Below are positions 21,339 through 31,145 of a stretch of DNA of 64,000 nt, piece after piece. The stretch lies in the NCBI GenBank assembly GCA_023150945.1, contig JAKLJX010000022.1:28158-92157 (forward strand). The letters are read 5' to 3'. The notes under the pieces were generated by a model. That model saw only the letters and a list, made by a program, of their open reading frames with translations, searched no databases and was not told the origin of the DNA. Each line of letters begins with the position of its first letter. Within the stretch, counting starts at the first letter, position 1. The translations under genes were made by a program, and so were the position numbers. The stretch is from a bacterium (GTDB lineage: Bacteria > Zhuqueibacterota > Zhuqueibacteria > Zhuqueibacterales > Zhuqueibacteraceae).

Positions 21339-22481
21339 ATGGAACGATATGCAATCGATCTGGCTGAGACGGAATTGAAGGCACAGGTCAGCGAAAACCG
21401 GAAGCACTGTGATCGCCACCTCGACCATGACTTCGCCGTCAAGCTGGTCAAATACGTGCTGGCTCCACTCAACGATTGCTATTTCCGCTCGGAGTTCATC
21501 GGATTCGACCCGCTGCCGGAACGCAACCATCCCGACCGGCCGCTGATTCTCGCGAGCAACCATGCCGGCATGGCTTTTCCGTGGGACGGCATCATTTTCA
21601 TCTCCCAGCTTTTTCGCCGCAACAATTATGATTTCTCCAAAGCGGTGCGCGCGCTCACCTCGCCGATGCTTTCACAAACCACGCTGATGAATCCCTTTCT
21701 GGTGAGCAATTTCTGGAAGAAAGTCGGCAGTGTCGATGCCACCACGCTCAACGTCGAGACCATGATGCAGCAGACCGAGATGAACTTGTTGATCTATCCG
21801 GAAGGCGTGCCCGGCATCGGCAAGGGCTTCGACAAACGCTACCAGTTGCAGCGTTTTGCCACTTCCTTCATTCGCGTCAGTCTGAAGTACCGCACCGACA
21901 TCATTCCGTTTGCCACGGTCAACAACGAGTTCATCAATCCCTATGCTTACCAGTCCGCGACCGTCAACAAAATCGCGAACCTGCTCGGCATCCCCTTTCT
22001 GCCGCTGGGACTGATGACGGCTCTGATTCCCTTTCAGCCCTGGCTGTTCTACTTTGCCTTTCCCGCCAAACTCACTTATGTGATGGGCAGGCGCATCAAA
22101 CCCTACGAGATGATCGACAAACCGCTGAATCGCATCACCGAGCAGGACATCAACCAACTCACCATGCTGGTGCGGCGCCAGATGCAGGCGGAATTGCAGG
22201 AAGCGGTCCGCCGCTACGGCCGCCAGCCGTACGCGCTCAAGGAGTTTTTCACCACCTGCCGCCAGCAGGTGCGGCGCTTTCCCTATTTTCTGCCGTGCTT
22301 TTGGCCTTCGCTGTTTGCGGAGGTGGAACGGCGCAGCCGGCAGCGCGACGACCTGCCGTGGGACATGAGCCTGTGGGCCGGACTCAAGGCGTTTCTGCGG
22401 CGGCCGCTGAGCTTGGCGTTTTTTGTGCCGGTGCTCGGCTGGATTCCGATTCTCTGGCGCGGTTACACCAACAAATCCTGA
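21339..22481 (+). CDS. Lysophospholipid/MGAT-like acyltransferase (PlsC superfamily, MGAT/DGAT2-like subgroup)
   Basis: LILASNHAGMAFPWDG, LIYPEGVPGIGKGFDKRYQLQRF, DIIPFATV; SD AAGGAGG before ATG 21339. Confidence 0.8.
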   Translation: MERYAIDLAETELKAQVSENRKHCDRHLDHDFAVKLVKYVLAPLNDCYFRSEFIGFDPLPERNHPDRPLILASNHAGMAFPWDGIIFISQLFRRNNYDFSKAVRALTSPMLSQTTLMNPFLVSNFWKKVGSVDATTLNVETMMQQTEMNLLIYPEGVPGIGKGFDKRYQLQRFATSFIRVSLKYRTDIIPFATVNNEFINPYAYQSATVNKIANLLGIPFLPLGLMTALIPFQPWLFYFAFPAKLTYVMGRRIKPYEMIDKPLNRITEQDINQLTMLVRRQMQAELQEAVRRYGRQPYALKEFFTTCRQQVRRFPYFLPCFWPSLFAEVERRSRQRDDLPWDMSLWAGLKAFLRRPLSLAFFVPVLGWIPILWRGYTNKS

Positions 22482-22485
22482 CACC

Positions 22486-23118
22486 ATGCATCACGCTGCC
22501 CTGCACCTCGCGCTCAAGCTGGACTACAATGAAATCCCGGTGCCCGAGCGCATCGTCATCCAGTTGGAGCCGGGCGAAATCCGCCTGCTCAAACGCATTC
22601 GCTATCATCAGCACAGCACCGATCCGCTGCGGGCGGTGAAACTCAGCTTGCGTTACGGCGCCGGCCATCATTTGCTGATCGCGATGGAGCTTGCCGGCCG
22701 GATCGTGCTCATTCCCGGCGGAGAATTCCGCTTTGGCGGCACGCGGTTGGTGCTGGTGTGCAAGCCGACGATCGCGCACAACCGCTTGACGTTGCACAAG
22801 GCCACCATCAAGGAAATCGACATGCCGTTGATTCCGCGCTTCTTCGAGGCTTTCGTGCGCGAGCTGGTCAACAAGAGCTTCCTGCCCAACCTCGGCCACT
22901 CACTCAACTTTGATCTCGAGAGCATCCTCGACGAAGTGCGGAAGAAGGTCAACGATTTGGAGCCGATCAACCTCAGCATCGGCAAACAGCATTTTCTCTT
23001 TCGCATCTCCCCCAACATCGAAGACGGCGAGCACGAGCTGACCCTCTCGCATGACGCCATCGTTCTGAAGCTGCACCTGCAATTCACGCCGGTGTTCGAG
23101 ATTTACAGCCGGCGCTGA
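22486..23118 (+). CDS. Hypothetical beta-rich cytoplasmic protein (possibly DUF4403/TULIP-like)
   Basis: Starts 4 nt after the acyltransferase stop; alternating long beta-strands with one long helix; no recognisable catalytic motif. Confidence 0.6.
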   Translation: MHHAALHLALKLDYNEIPVPERIVIQLEPGEIRLLKRIRYHQHSTDPLRAVKLSLRYGAGHHLLIAMELAGRIVLIPGGEFRFGGTRLVLVCKPTIAHNRLTLHKATIKEIDMPLIPRFFEAFVRELVNKSFLPNLGHSLNFDLESILDEVRKKVNDLEPINLSIGKQHFLFRISPNIEDGEHELTLSHDAIVLKLHLQFTPVFEIYSRR

Positions 23119-23184
23119 GCCGGCGTCGGCGCGCGGCGCACCGGGATTGGGATGATTCCGGCCGCGATCCACCACCGCCTTCGC

Positions 23185-23979
23185 TCACGTCTTGTCCTTC
23201 TTGTCGCGAATGTCCTTCAGCAGCTTGGCGGCTTCGGCCTGGTGTTGCGGGTCTTCCCATTGCGCCCGATCCAGCGCGATGCAAGCCTGCAATTGCTCAC
23301 GCGCTTCCTGGTAGCGCTCCAGTTTGATGAGCGTGCGGCCGTACTCCAGGCGGTGGACGGGTTTCCGGCCGTCGAGCGCCACGGCTTGGGCAAACATCTT
23401 GGCCGCCTCTTCCAGCGAGGCGCCGGGCGGCACGCCGCCATAGATGACTTTGGCCGCCGCCTTCATTAACCAATCCAGCGTGGCGATGTTGTAATTCCAG
23501 CGGCCGAGGATGTGATAGGCGCCGTCATGCCGCGGATGGAGGGCAACCGCGCGTTCGGCTTCTTTTTGCACTTCCTTCGAAAGCCGGATCTTGGTCTTGC
23601 CACCTTCGAACAAAGCAACGCGGCCCACGCACAGGGCCAGGGCAAAGTGCGATTCCGCGGAATCGGGATAGAGTTTGACGGCCTGCCGCGCCAGGCTGTC
23701 ACCTTGCAAGTAGATTGCCTTGGCCTGCTTCTTGTCCTTCTGCTCGAAGGTTTTGCCGACATCCGCGCAGGCGCGCGCGGCCTTCCACAGCGCTTCGTAA
23801 TTGTTGGGATCCATCTGCAGCGCAGCGCGGAAATTGCGCAACGCGCCGTCATTGTCGAATGCAGCATACGCTGCGTTCCCCTGCGCCAAAATGCGCTCCA
23901 CCCCGTCTTCTTGCGCGCGGCACTCACGGCTCAACGCCACCAGCATCAGCAGCACGGCCACCAGCCATCGCCAAATCAT
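23185..23979 (-). CDS. Exported TPR protein resembling the RMDN (regulator of microtubule dynamics/PTPIP51) TPR domain
   Basis: Sec signal MIWRWLVAVLLMLVALSRECRA; ALWKAARA, SHFALALCVGRVA, AYHILGRWNYNIA...AAAKVIYGGVPPGASLEEA pattern. Confidence 0.72.
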   Translation of the reverse strand: MIWRWLVAVLLMLVALSRECRAQEDGVERILAQGNAAYAAFDNDGALRNFRAALQMDPNNYEALWKAARACADVGKTFEQKDKKQAKAIYLQGDSLARQAVKLYPDSAESHFALALCVGRVALFEGGKTKIRLSKEVQKEAERAVALHPRHDGAYHILGRWNYNIATLDWLMKAAAKVIYGGVPPGASLEEAAKMFAQAVALDGRKPVHRLEYGRTLIKLERYQEAREQLQACIALDRAQWEDPQHQAEAAKLLKDIRDKKDKT

Positions 23980-24610
23980 GAGATTTCCTCCTCACCGTGG
24001 GTTTTGAGAGACCTCGGATCTTGCATCATTCCGCCTGGGTCGAATGGTTCACTTCGCCGGCCAAAGGCCCCGCGGATTTCACTGCGCTGAAGCCACTAAA
24101 AAAACTCAATAATCATACCATCCCATGACGCAGTGCGTGAACTTGACGGACGGCGCAGCCGAGTGAACAAAGTTCAGGAAATACAGCCAGCGGTGAGCGC
24201 TACCGCGTCTGATTTCGGGGCCGGCCGGTTCTGACCCGGTAGCGCGAACCTGCGCTGATTTCCCAACATTGCGAAGCGTTTTCGAAAGAGTAAGAATTTT
24301 CGCGGTTTCGCATGAAATCCAAAATCCGGCGAAAACCGGCCTCCAGGTGGTAACTGAAACACTCTCAACCAGTTGAATCAGCGCGCCGGCAGCCGCAGCC
24401 AGCGGCACTTTTGCCGGAGCCGGTGGAACAGTTATTGAACGTCATTCAGCGGAATGGCCCGCCTGATTAGCACGATCAGCCCGCCTGAATTCGGTTGCAT
24501 AAGTATTCCTCGGTTGCCTGTCGAGCCGCTGGCTCGCCAGGCGACACCGGCTGAGTCTCCTATCCTAATCAACTGTTCTTCATATAAAACTCTGATGAGA
24601 AGGAGGACTT

Positions 24611-25885
24611 ATGCGAAAAGGGCTGCTGCTATTATTGTTGCCCCTCCTGGCCGCACATTCTCTGCAGGCGAGCGGCTTCAGTATCTATGAATTTGGCGGT
24701 CGTGCCTCGGCCATGGGCGGAGCCGCGGTGGCGTGGGCTTGGGACGGCTCCACGATATTCTACAATCCCGCCGGCCTGGCGTATCTCGATGGCACGCGGA
24801 TATATGGCGGGACCACACTGATCTTTCCCAACAGCCGCTTTGTCGGCGCTGCGCCCGTGTTCAGCAGCGCCATGTATGAAACCCGCGACACGTTTTTCTA
24901 TCCCATCAACTTCTACTTTTCCCATCGCTTCACTCGGAAGTTTGCCGCCGGCCTCGGCGTCACCAATCCGTTTGGTTTGGGAGTGGAATGGTATGATGAC
25001 TTCTCCGGGCGCGGGTATTCCAAGAACGCGCAATTGAAATCGTTCTACATCTCGCCGGTGGTGGCCTATCAAATAACCCCGAATTTCAGCATCGGCGGCG
25101 GCGCAGACCTGGTGCTCGCCAGCGTGAAGTTGGAAAAGAACGTGTTTCTCTTCGACAGTCCGGGCTCGCCGGGCTATGAAGTGGGCGACGTGACGCTGGA
25201 GGGCAACTCCAAGCTGGCGCTGGGATTCAGCGCCAGTGCCATGTTTCGCACCGCGCGGCTGGGTTGGGGCATTCTCTATCGCCACTCGATCAAGAATGAA
25301 TTCAAAGAGGGCGAAGCGGACTTCACGATTTTTGACAATCTCACCGTGCCCAATGCCGGCGCGCTGGCGCGCACCCTGCTGCAGGATCAAAAAGCCAACA
25401 CGGCCATCGAATTTCCCAATCTCATCGCCACCGGCATTCACTACAAATTCACCGATCAGCTTGCGCTCGAGGCCGATTACATCTGGTTCAATTGGTCGGT
25501 GTTCAATGAAATCGCGCTGGACTTTGCCAATGACCGGCTGGATCAAACCATGCTGGAGGAATATGACGATTCCTGGCAGGGCCGGCTCGGACTGCACTAT
25601 CAGTTGAACGATGCGCTCGCGTTGCGCGCCGGTTATATCTACGACAAGACGCCGCAGCCGATTCAAGCGGTCAGCCCGCTGCTGCCAGATGACACGCGCC
25701 ACAACTTCAGCCTGGGCGCGGGCTACACGTTCGGCAAGTATCAAATCGATGCCGGTTACATGCTGGTGCTGCTGGGCAAGCGCACCACTCTCGAAAATGG
25801 CGTGGGCAGGAACTATCACGGTTTCGACGGCACGTATAATTCCCGCGCCGATTTGCTGTTCGCCAGCTTTGGCTACACCTTCTAG
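24611..25885 (+). CDS. fadL: FadL/OmpP1/TodX outer-membrane long-chain fatty acid/hydrophobic compound channel
   Basis: Signal peptide then ASGFSIYEFGGRASAMGGA, FYNPAGLA, NPFGLGVEW, LRAGYIYDKTP, LPDDTRH; C-terminal YTF. Confidence 0.88.
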   Translation: MRKGLLLLLLPLLAAHSLQASGFSIYEFGGRASAMGGAAVAWAWDGSTIFYNPAGLAYLDGTRIYGGTTLIFPNSRFVGAAPVFSSAMYETRDTFFYPINFYFSHRFTRKFAAGLGVTNPFGLGVEWYDDFSGRGYSKNAQLKSFYISPVVAYQITPNFSIGGGADLVLASVKLEKNVFLFDSPGSPGYEVGDVTLEGNSKLALGFSASAMFRTARLGWGILYRHSIKNEFKEGEADFTIFDNLTVPNAGALARTLLQDQKANTAIEFPNLIATGIHYKFTDQLALEADYIWFNWSVFNEIALDFANDRLDQTMLEEYDDSWQGRLGLHYQLNDALALRAGYIYDKTPQPIQAVSPLLPDDTRHNFSLGAGYTFGKYQIDAGYMLVLLGKRTTLENGVGRNYHGFDGTYNSRADLLFASFGYTF

Positions 25886-25954
25886 CGGCGCGGAGCACCA
25901 GCCCGTGATGAATTGGAATCGTGACAATCATGCGTTGTGACCGTGGAGGTCGAT

Positions 25955-27391
25955 ATGCGAAAGTTGACCCATGTGTTGTGCCTTCTCAGTTTGGTTTGGT
26001 GGCTGGGCTGCGGCGTCAAGACACCCGAGCAGCCGGAGCTGAATATCACCGCCAATCAACTCGTCCTCAGCAAAATGGTGGCGCTCGGCAACAGCCACAC
26101 CGCCGGGTTTCAATCCGGCGGTTTGCGTGATGATTTCCAGCAGCACAGCTATCCGTTTTTGATTGCGCAACAAATCGGCAAGGCCGGTGACTTCGAGCTG
26201 CCGCTCATTGCCGCGCCCGGCATCGGCAGCACGCCGGGCAAGCAGCCGCTCAAGCTGGAGAATGGCAAGATCGTGACCCCGGATTTGCAGGTGTCGCCGA
26301 CTTCGCTGTTGTTGAGAGCTTTGCTGGCGCGGCCTTATGACAATCTCGGCGTGCCGGGCGCGACGTTACGCGACATGCTCAACGCCACCGGCGCCGCCAC
26401 TTCCGCGACCGGCACGAACTCCTTTTTCGATCTCGTGCTGCGCAATCCCAACCTCGGCAACACCACGCCGCTGCAACAAATCGCGCTGCTCAATCCCACG
26501 CTGGTGTTGCTGTGGATCGGCGACAGCGACGTGCTGGGCGCGGCGTTGAGCGGTGGCAATCCGGCACTGATTACGCCGCTCTCCGATTTTCAAGCCCGCT
26601 ACACGACGCTGCTGACCGAGTTGCGCCAAAAGACGCACGCCGCCCTCGTCATGGCGAACGTGCCCAACGCCACGGACCTGCCCTACCTCAACACCATGGA
26701 CTTTATCTTCCGGCCGATTCCTGCCCTGGGAATCACCGCGCCCGTGCCGGTGGTGTTCGACGCCAAATTCCAACCGGTGGACTTCGACCCGACGGCGAAC
26801 ACGCTCTACGTGCCGTTGATGACGGAAGAAAAGGAAGTGGCACACTTGACTCTGCCGGCGCTCAGCGCGTATCAAACCGGCCTTGGCATTCCTGACGGCG
26901 CCACGTTGCTGCAACTGGGTCTGCCGGTGGCGCAGGCACAGGCGTTGGAGCAAGGCATGCGCGCTGCCGGCTTGAACCCGACCGGCCAGCCCTTCCCGGG
27001 CACGATGTCGATCACCGCCGCGGAGAAGCTTGCCATCCAGCAGGCGGTGGCGGGATTCAACAGCACGCTGCAGACGCTCGCTGGCCAGTTTCAAGCGGCC
27101 ATCGTCGATTGCAACAGCTTGATGGCCACACTCAATGCCACCGGCCTCGAGGGATATTCCGGCCGCTTTGTGCTGCTGGATCCGCAGAACACCGCCTTCA
27201 GTCTGGACGGTGTGCATCCCAACAACGGCGGCTACGCGCTGATCGCCAACGCCTTCATCGACAAGATCAACGCCACCTTTCAACTCGCCATTCCCAAGCT
27301 GAATCCTGCGGAGTACAAAGGGCAGTACCTGGGCGCGGCAGTGACCGGTGCCGCAGCCGCAGCGGTCGCGCAAGTTCAGGCGCTCTACTGA
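25955..27391 (+). CDS. SGNH/GDSL lipolytic lipoprotein
   Basis: Lipobox WLGC; block I ALGNSHTAG, block II NLGVPGA, block III WIGDSD, block V SLDGVHPN. Confidence 0.82.
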   Translation: MRKLTHVLCLLSLVWWLGCGVKTPEQPELNITANQLVLSKMVALGNSHTAGFQSGGLRDDFQQHSYPFLIAQQIGKAGDFELPLIAAPGIGSTPGKQPLKLENGKIVTPDLQVSPTSLLLRALLARPYDNLGVPGATLRDMLNATGAATSATGTNSFFDLVLRNPNLGNTTPLQQIALLNPTLVLLWIGDSDVLGAALSGGNPALITPLSDFQARYTTLLTELRQKTHAALVMANVPNATDLPYLNTMDFIFRPIPALGITAPVPVVFDAKFQPVDFDPTANTLYVPLMTEEKEVAHLTLPALSAYQTGLGIPDGATLLQLGLPVAQAQALEQGMRAAGLNPTGQPFPGTMSITAAEKLAIQQAVAGFNSTLQTLAGQFQAAIVDCNSLMATLNATGLEGYSGRFVLLDPQNTAFSLDGVHPNNGGYALIANAFIDKINATFQLAIPKLNPAEYKGQYLGAAVTGAAAAAVAQVQALY

Positions 27392-27576
27392 GGCGTGCTC
27401 CCCTCTCCGCAAATCTGATTGTCTCAGCCAGCATCTTGCCACCCGCGGGAATCGCTTCTTTTGCGCGGCGCCGGCCGGGTGGCAGGCTGCGGAGAGTCCC
27501 ATACCGCGCCCGTGCGCGGCGGAAGCACAGCCTGAGTTTGAATGAGTGCCGAGGTGTTTCTGTGAAGGAGGAGGAG

Positions 27577-29457
27577 ATGGAGATCAAAGACTATCAAAAC
27601 ATTCATGCGATGGTGCAAGAAACCATTGCGCGGCGGCCCGGGCAACCCGCCTATCGCTGGTTTGGCGAAGGAGGGAACCTCGAAGCGGTGACCTGGTCGC
27701 AATTCTATGATCATGTCAAGCAGGTCGGCCGGAGTTTGATCGCGCTGGGCATCAATCCGGGCGACAAGATCGCGATCCTGAGTTACACCTGCTATCGCTG
27801 GGTGGTGGCGGACGTTGCCACGGCCAGCATCGGCGCCTGCACGGTGGGCATCTATCATTCCAATTTGGCGCGCGACTGCAAATACATCATCAATCATTCC
27901 GACGCCGTTTTGCTGTTTGCGGAAGATGAAGTGCAACTCAAGAAAGCGCTGGAAATCCGGCCGGGAATTCCCAATATTCGCCGCGTCATTTTGTTCAAAG
28001 GCGCGGCCACGGACGGCTGGGCGATGACGTTCGAGCAGTTTCTGGAGTTGGGGCGGGAGGTGCCGGAGGCGGAATTCGAGCGGCGCACGCGGTTGCCCGT
28101 GCCCGGCGATCCTGCTGCCATCGTTTACACTTCGGGAACCACCGGCCTGCCGAAGGGCGCCGTGCTGACGCACGACAATCTCACTTTCACGCCGCAATCG
28201 GTTTGGCAATGTGTTGACGTGTGGGAGGGCGACGGCCAGTTTCTGTTTCTGCCGCTGGCGCACGTGTTCGCGCGCCAATGCGTGAGTTTTGCCCTGCTCG
28301 CCGGCACCACCACGACATTCACGCGCAGCATGGAAACCATCGTGGAAGACATCAAGATCGCCAAGCCGCAATGGTTTGCGAGCGTGCCGCGCGTCTATGA
28401 AAAAGTCTATGCCAAAGTGTTGAGCAATGCCGAGGCCAAGGGCGGACTGGCGTTGAAAATTTTCCGCTGGGCCTGCGGCGTGGGCGACCGCGTGAGTGAT
28501 CTCAAACTGGCGAAGCAACCGATTCCTGCGCTGCTGCACTGGCAGTATGCGCTGGCGACCAAGCTGGTGTTCCACAAGATCCACGCGGCGCTGGGCGGCC
28601 ACTTGCGCTGGTGTATCAGCGGCGCCGCGCCCATGAGTCCGTCGGTCGCCAAATTTTTCCACGCCGCCGGCATTCTGATTCTCGAGGGCATTGGCATGAC
28701 GGAGAACACCTCTTTCACCAATGTCAACCGCCACGACAACTATCGTTTCGGCTGGGTGGGCCAGCCGGGGCCGGGCATCGAACAGAAAGCTGCACCCGAC
28801 GGCGAGATCCTGTTTCGCGGCCGCAATGTGATGAAGGAGTACTACAAAATGCCGGCGGAAACCGCCGAAACCATCACGCCCGAAGGCTGGTTGCGCACCG
28901 GCGATCTCGGCGAGATCGATGCCGAGAATTTCCTGCGCATCACCGGCCGCAAAAAGGAGCTGATCATCACCGCCGGCGGCAAGAACATTGCCCCATCGCC
29001 GATCGAGAATCTGCTCATGACGTCGAAGTACATCAGCCAGGCCTGTGTTTTGGGCGATCAACGGCAATTCCTGTGCGCGTTGGTGGTGTTGGATCCGGAA
29101 AACATCAAAGCCTATGCGCAGGAGCACGGCATTGCTTTCACCATCATCGATGAGCTGCGCGGCCAGGATCACATCAAACGCTTGATTGAAGCGGAAGTGG
29201 CGGCGAAAAATCGCGAGCTGGCGTCGTTCGAGACCATCAAGAAGATCCGCATCGTGCCGGAGTTCACCATCGAGAATGGCCTGCTGACGCCCACGCTCAA
29301 GATCAAGAAGAACCTGGTGGCGGAGAAATACCGGGCAGAAATCGAAGCGATGTACGCGGAAAACAACCTGCGCGAGGACGCGCGTTTGAACGGCTTCCCC
29401 TTTGGCCGTGAGGCTGCTACCGGCGCACAGCCGTCAGGCAAGAGCGTGCCGTTTTGA
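27577..29457 (+). CDS. fadD: Long-chain fatty acid-CoA ligase (AMP-dependent synthetase)
   Basis: YTSGTTGLPKG, FLPLAHVF, EGIGMTEN, GWLRTGDLG, RKKELIITAGGKNIAP, TPTLKIKK; SD GGAGGAG before ATG 27577. Confidence 0.9.
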   Translation: MEIKDYQNIHAMVQETIARRPGQPAYRWFGEGGNLEAVTWSQFYDHVKQVGRSLIALGINPGDKIAILSYTCYRWVVADVATASIGACTVGIYHSNLARDCKYIINHSDAVLLFAEDEVQLKKALEIRPGIPNIRRVILFKGAATDGWAMTFEQFLELGREVPEAEFERRTRLPVPGDPAAIVYTSGTTGLPKGAVLTHDNLTFTPQSVWQCVDVWEGDGQFLFLPLAHVFARQCVSFALLAGTTTTFTRSMETIVEDIKIAKPQWFASVPRVYEKVYAKVLSNAEAKGGLALKIFRWACGVGDRVSDLKLAKQPIPALLHWQYALATKLVFHKIHAALGGHLRWCISGAAPMSPSVAKFFHAAGILILEGIGMTENTSFTNVNRHDNYRFGWVGQPGPGIEQKAAPDGEILFRGRNVMKEYYKMPAETAETITPEGWLRTGDLGEIDAENFLRITGRKKELIITAGGKNIAPSPIENLLMTSKYISQACVLGDQRQFLCALVVLDPENIKAYAQEHGIAFTIIDELRGQDHIKRLIEAEVAAKNRELASFETIKKIRIVPEFTIENGLLTPTLKIKKNLVAEKYRAEIEAMYAENNLREDARLNGFPFGREAATGAQPSGKSVPF

Positions 29458-31145
29458 GCCGTGCGGCTCCGGACGCGGCCAATCGTACTTGCTCAACACT
29501 CAACGTGATGCCATCGGACATGCGACCGCTTCCGTCTCGTGATTATGACTACCTCGTCATCGGCTCCGGATTTGGCGGCGCCGCCGCCGCGCTGCGCCTT
29601 TCCGAAAAAGGCTACCGTGTTCTGGTGTTGGAAAAGGGCAAATGGTTGAGGGCGGAAGACTTTCCCAAGCGCAACTGGAATTTGAAGAAGTGGCTCTGGT
29701 TGCCGGCGCTGCGTTGTTTTGGATTGTTCAAAATCACCGTTTTCCGCCACGTTGCGATTCTCTCCGGCGTGGGCGTGGGCGGCGGGTCACTGGTTTACGC
29801 CAACACGTTGGCGATTCCCAAAGCCAGGTTCTTTGCCGCCGAGACCTGGGCGCATCTGGCGGACTGGGAGAAGGAGCTGCACGAGTTTTATCCCGTGGCT
29901 TTGCGTATGCTGGGCGCGGCGCCCAATCCCCGCCTGGAGGTGGGTGACCGCGCCCTGCAGCAGTTGGCCGTTGCGTTGGGCAAAGCAGAGCATTTCAATG
30001 TGACCGATGTGGCGGTCTATTTCGGCGAACCGGGAGTGACGGCGCCGGATCCTTATTTCAACGGCAAAGGCCCGGAACGCACCGGCTGCTGCTTCTGCGG
30101 CGGCTGCATGTTGGGCTGCCGCTACAATGCCAAGAACACGCTGGACAAGAACTATTTGCATTTTGCCCAGCAAAACGGCGTGAAGATTCAAGCAGAGGCG
30201 GAAGTCTACGATGTGATCCCGTTGGATGGCGGACCGGGTGCGTCCGGATATCGCGTCAAGTGGCGGTCGTCCACCAAATATTTCAAAAGGCGGGGCGAAT
30301 TCACCTGCCGCGGTGTCGTGTTTGCCGGCGGCGTCACCGGCACGGTCAAGCTGCTGCTGAAGCTGCGGCAGACTTCGCTGCCGCAGCTCTCCGACCAAGT
30401 CGGCGCGGGCATTCGCACCAACTCGGAGAGCCTGATCGGGGTGACGACGTTCGACCGCGAGACCGTTTTCTCCGAGGGCATTGCGATCGGCTCGATTCTG
30501 CATACCGACGAACACAGCCACCTCGAGCCGGTGCGCTATTCTGCCGGTTCGGGCTTTTGGCGCCTGCTTATGTCGCCGCTGGCTTACGGCAGCAATGCCT
30601 TCAGTCGCGCCGCCCGGATCATTGGCGATTTGCTGCGGCACCCGCTCGACAACTTGCGGCTTTTTCTGGTGGATGATTGGTCGAAGCGTACGCAGATCCT
30701 GCTATTCATGCGCACGTTGGAGAGCACGCTGCGGTTTTCGCGCGGCCGCCTGGGGATGAAGTCCACGCTGGCGCAGGGCGTGGCGCCCACGCCCTTCATG
30801 CCCGAAGCCAAAGAGCTGGCGGAGCGCTTCAGCAAGATTGTGAATGGCAAACCCACCGCACTTTCCACCGAGACGCTGCTCGGAATTCCCACCACGGCTC
30901 ACATTCTCGGCGGCGCAGTGATGGGCCAGGATCGCAGCGCAGGCGTGATCGACAAGGATAATCGCGTGTTTGGCTATGCGAACATGTACGTCTGCGACGG
31001 CAGCATGATCTCCGCCAATCCCGGAGTCAATCCCTCACTCACGATATTGGCGCTCACCGAGCGGGCGATGAGCAAGATTCCGCCGTCCCTGCCCGAGCCC
31101 GAGGTCAGCAGAGAGGTGGCAAATGATATTGCACTGGAAACGTGA
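29454..31145 (+). CDS. GMC-family FAD oxidoreductase, cholesterol oxidase ChoD-like
   Basis: YDYLVIGSGFGG, GVGVGGGSLVYAN, CCFCGGCMLGCRYNAKNTLDKNYL, TAHILGGA, NPGVNPSLTI. Real start may be 29508 or 29520. Confidence 0.82.
   Translation: MSRAAPDAANRTCSTLNVMPSDMRPLPSRDYDYLVIGSGFGGAAAALRLSEKGYRVLVLEKGKWLRAEDFPKRNWNLKKWLWLPALRCFGLFKITVFRHVAILSGVGVGGGSLVYANTLAIPKARFFAAETWAHLADWEKELHEFYPVALRMLGAAPNPRLEVGDRALQQLAVALGKAEHFNVTDVAVYFGEPGVTAPDPYFNGKGPERTGCCFCGGCMLGCRYNAKNTLDKNYLHFAQQNGVKIQAEAEVYDVIPLDGGPGASGYRVKWRSSTKYFKRRGEFTCRGVVFAGGVTGTVKLLLKLRQTSLPQLSDQVGAGIRTNSESLIGVTTFDRETVFSEGIAIGSILHTDEHSHLEPVRYSAGSGFWRLLMSPLAYGSNAFSRAARIIGDLLRHPLDNLRLFLVDDWSKRTQILLFMRTLESTLRFSRGRLGMKSTLAQGVAPTPFMPEAKELAERFSKIVNGKPTALSTETLLGIPTTAHILGGAVMGQDRSAGVIDKDNRVFGYANMYVCDGSMISANPGVNPSLTILALTERAMSKIPPSLPEPEVSREVANDIALET

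Noticed and set aside
27109-27576. 156-aa N-terminal extension of FadD in the ORF track
   Set aside because: It overlaps the SGNH gene; a strong SD precedes ATG 27577 and family similarity starts there.
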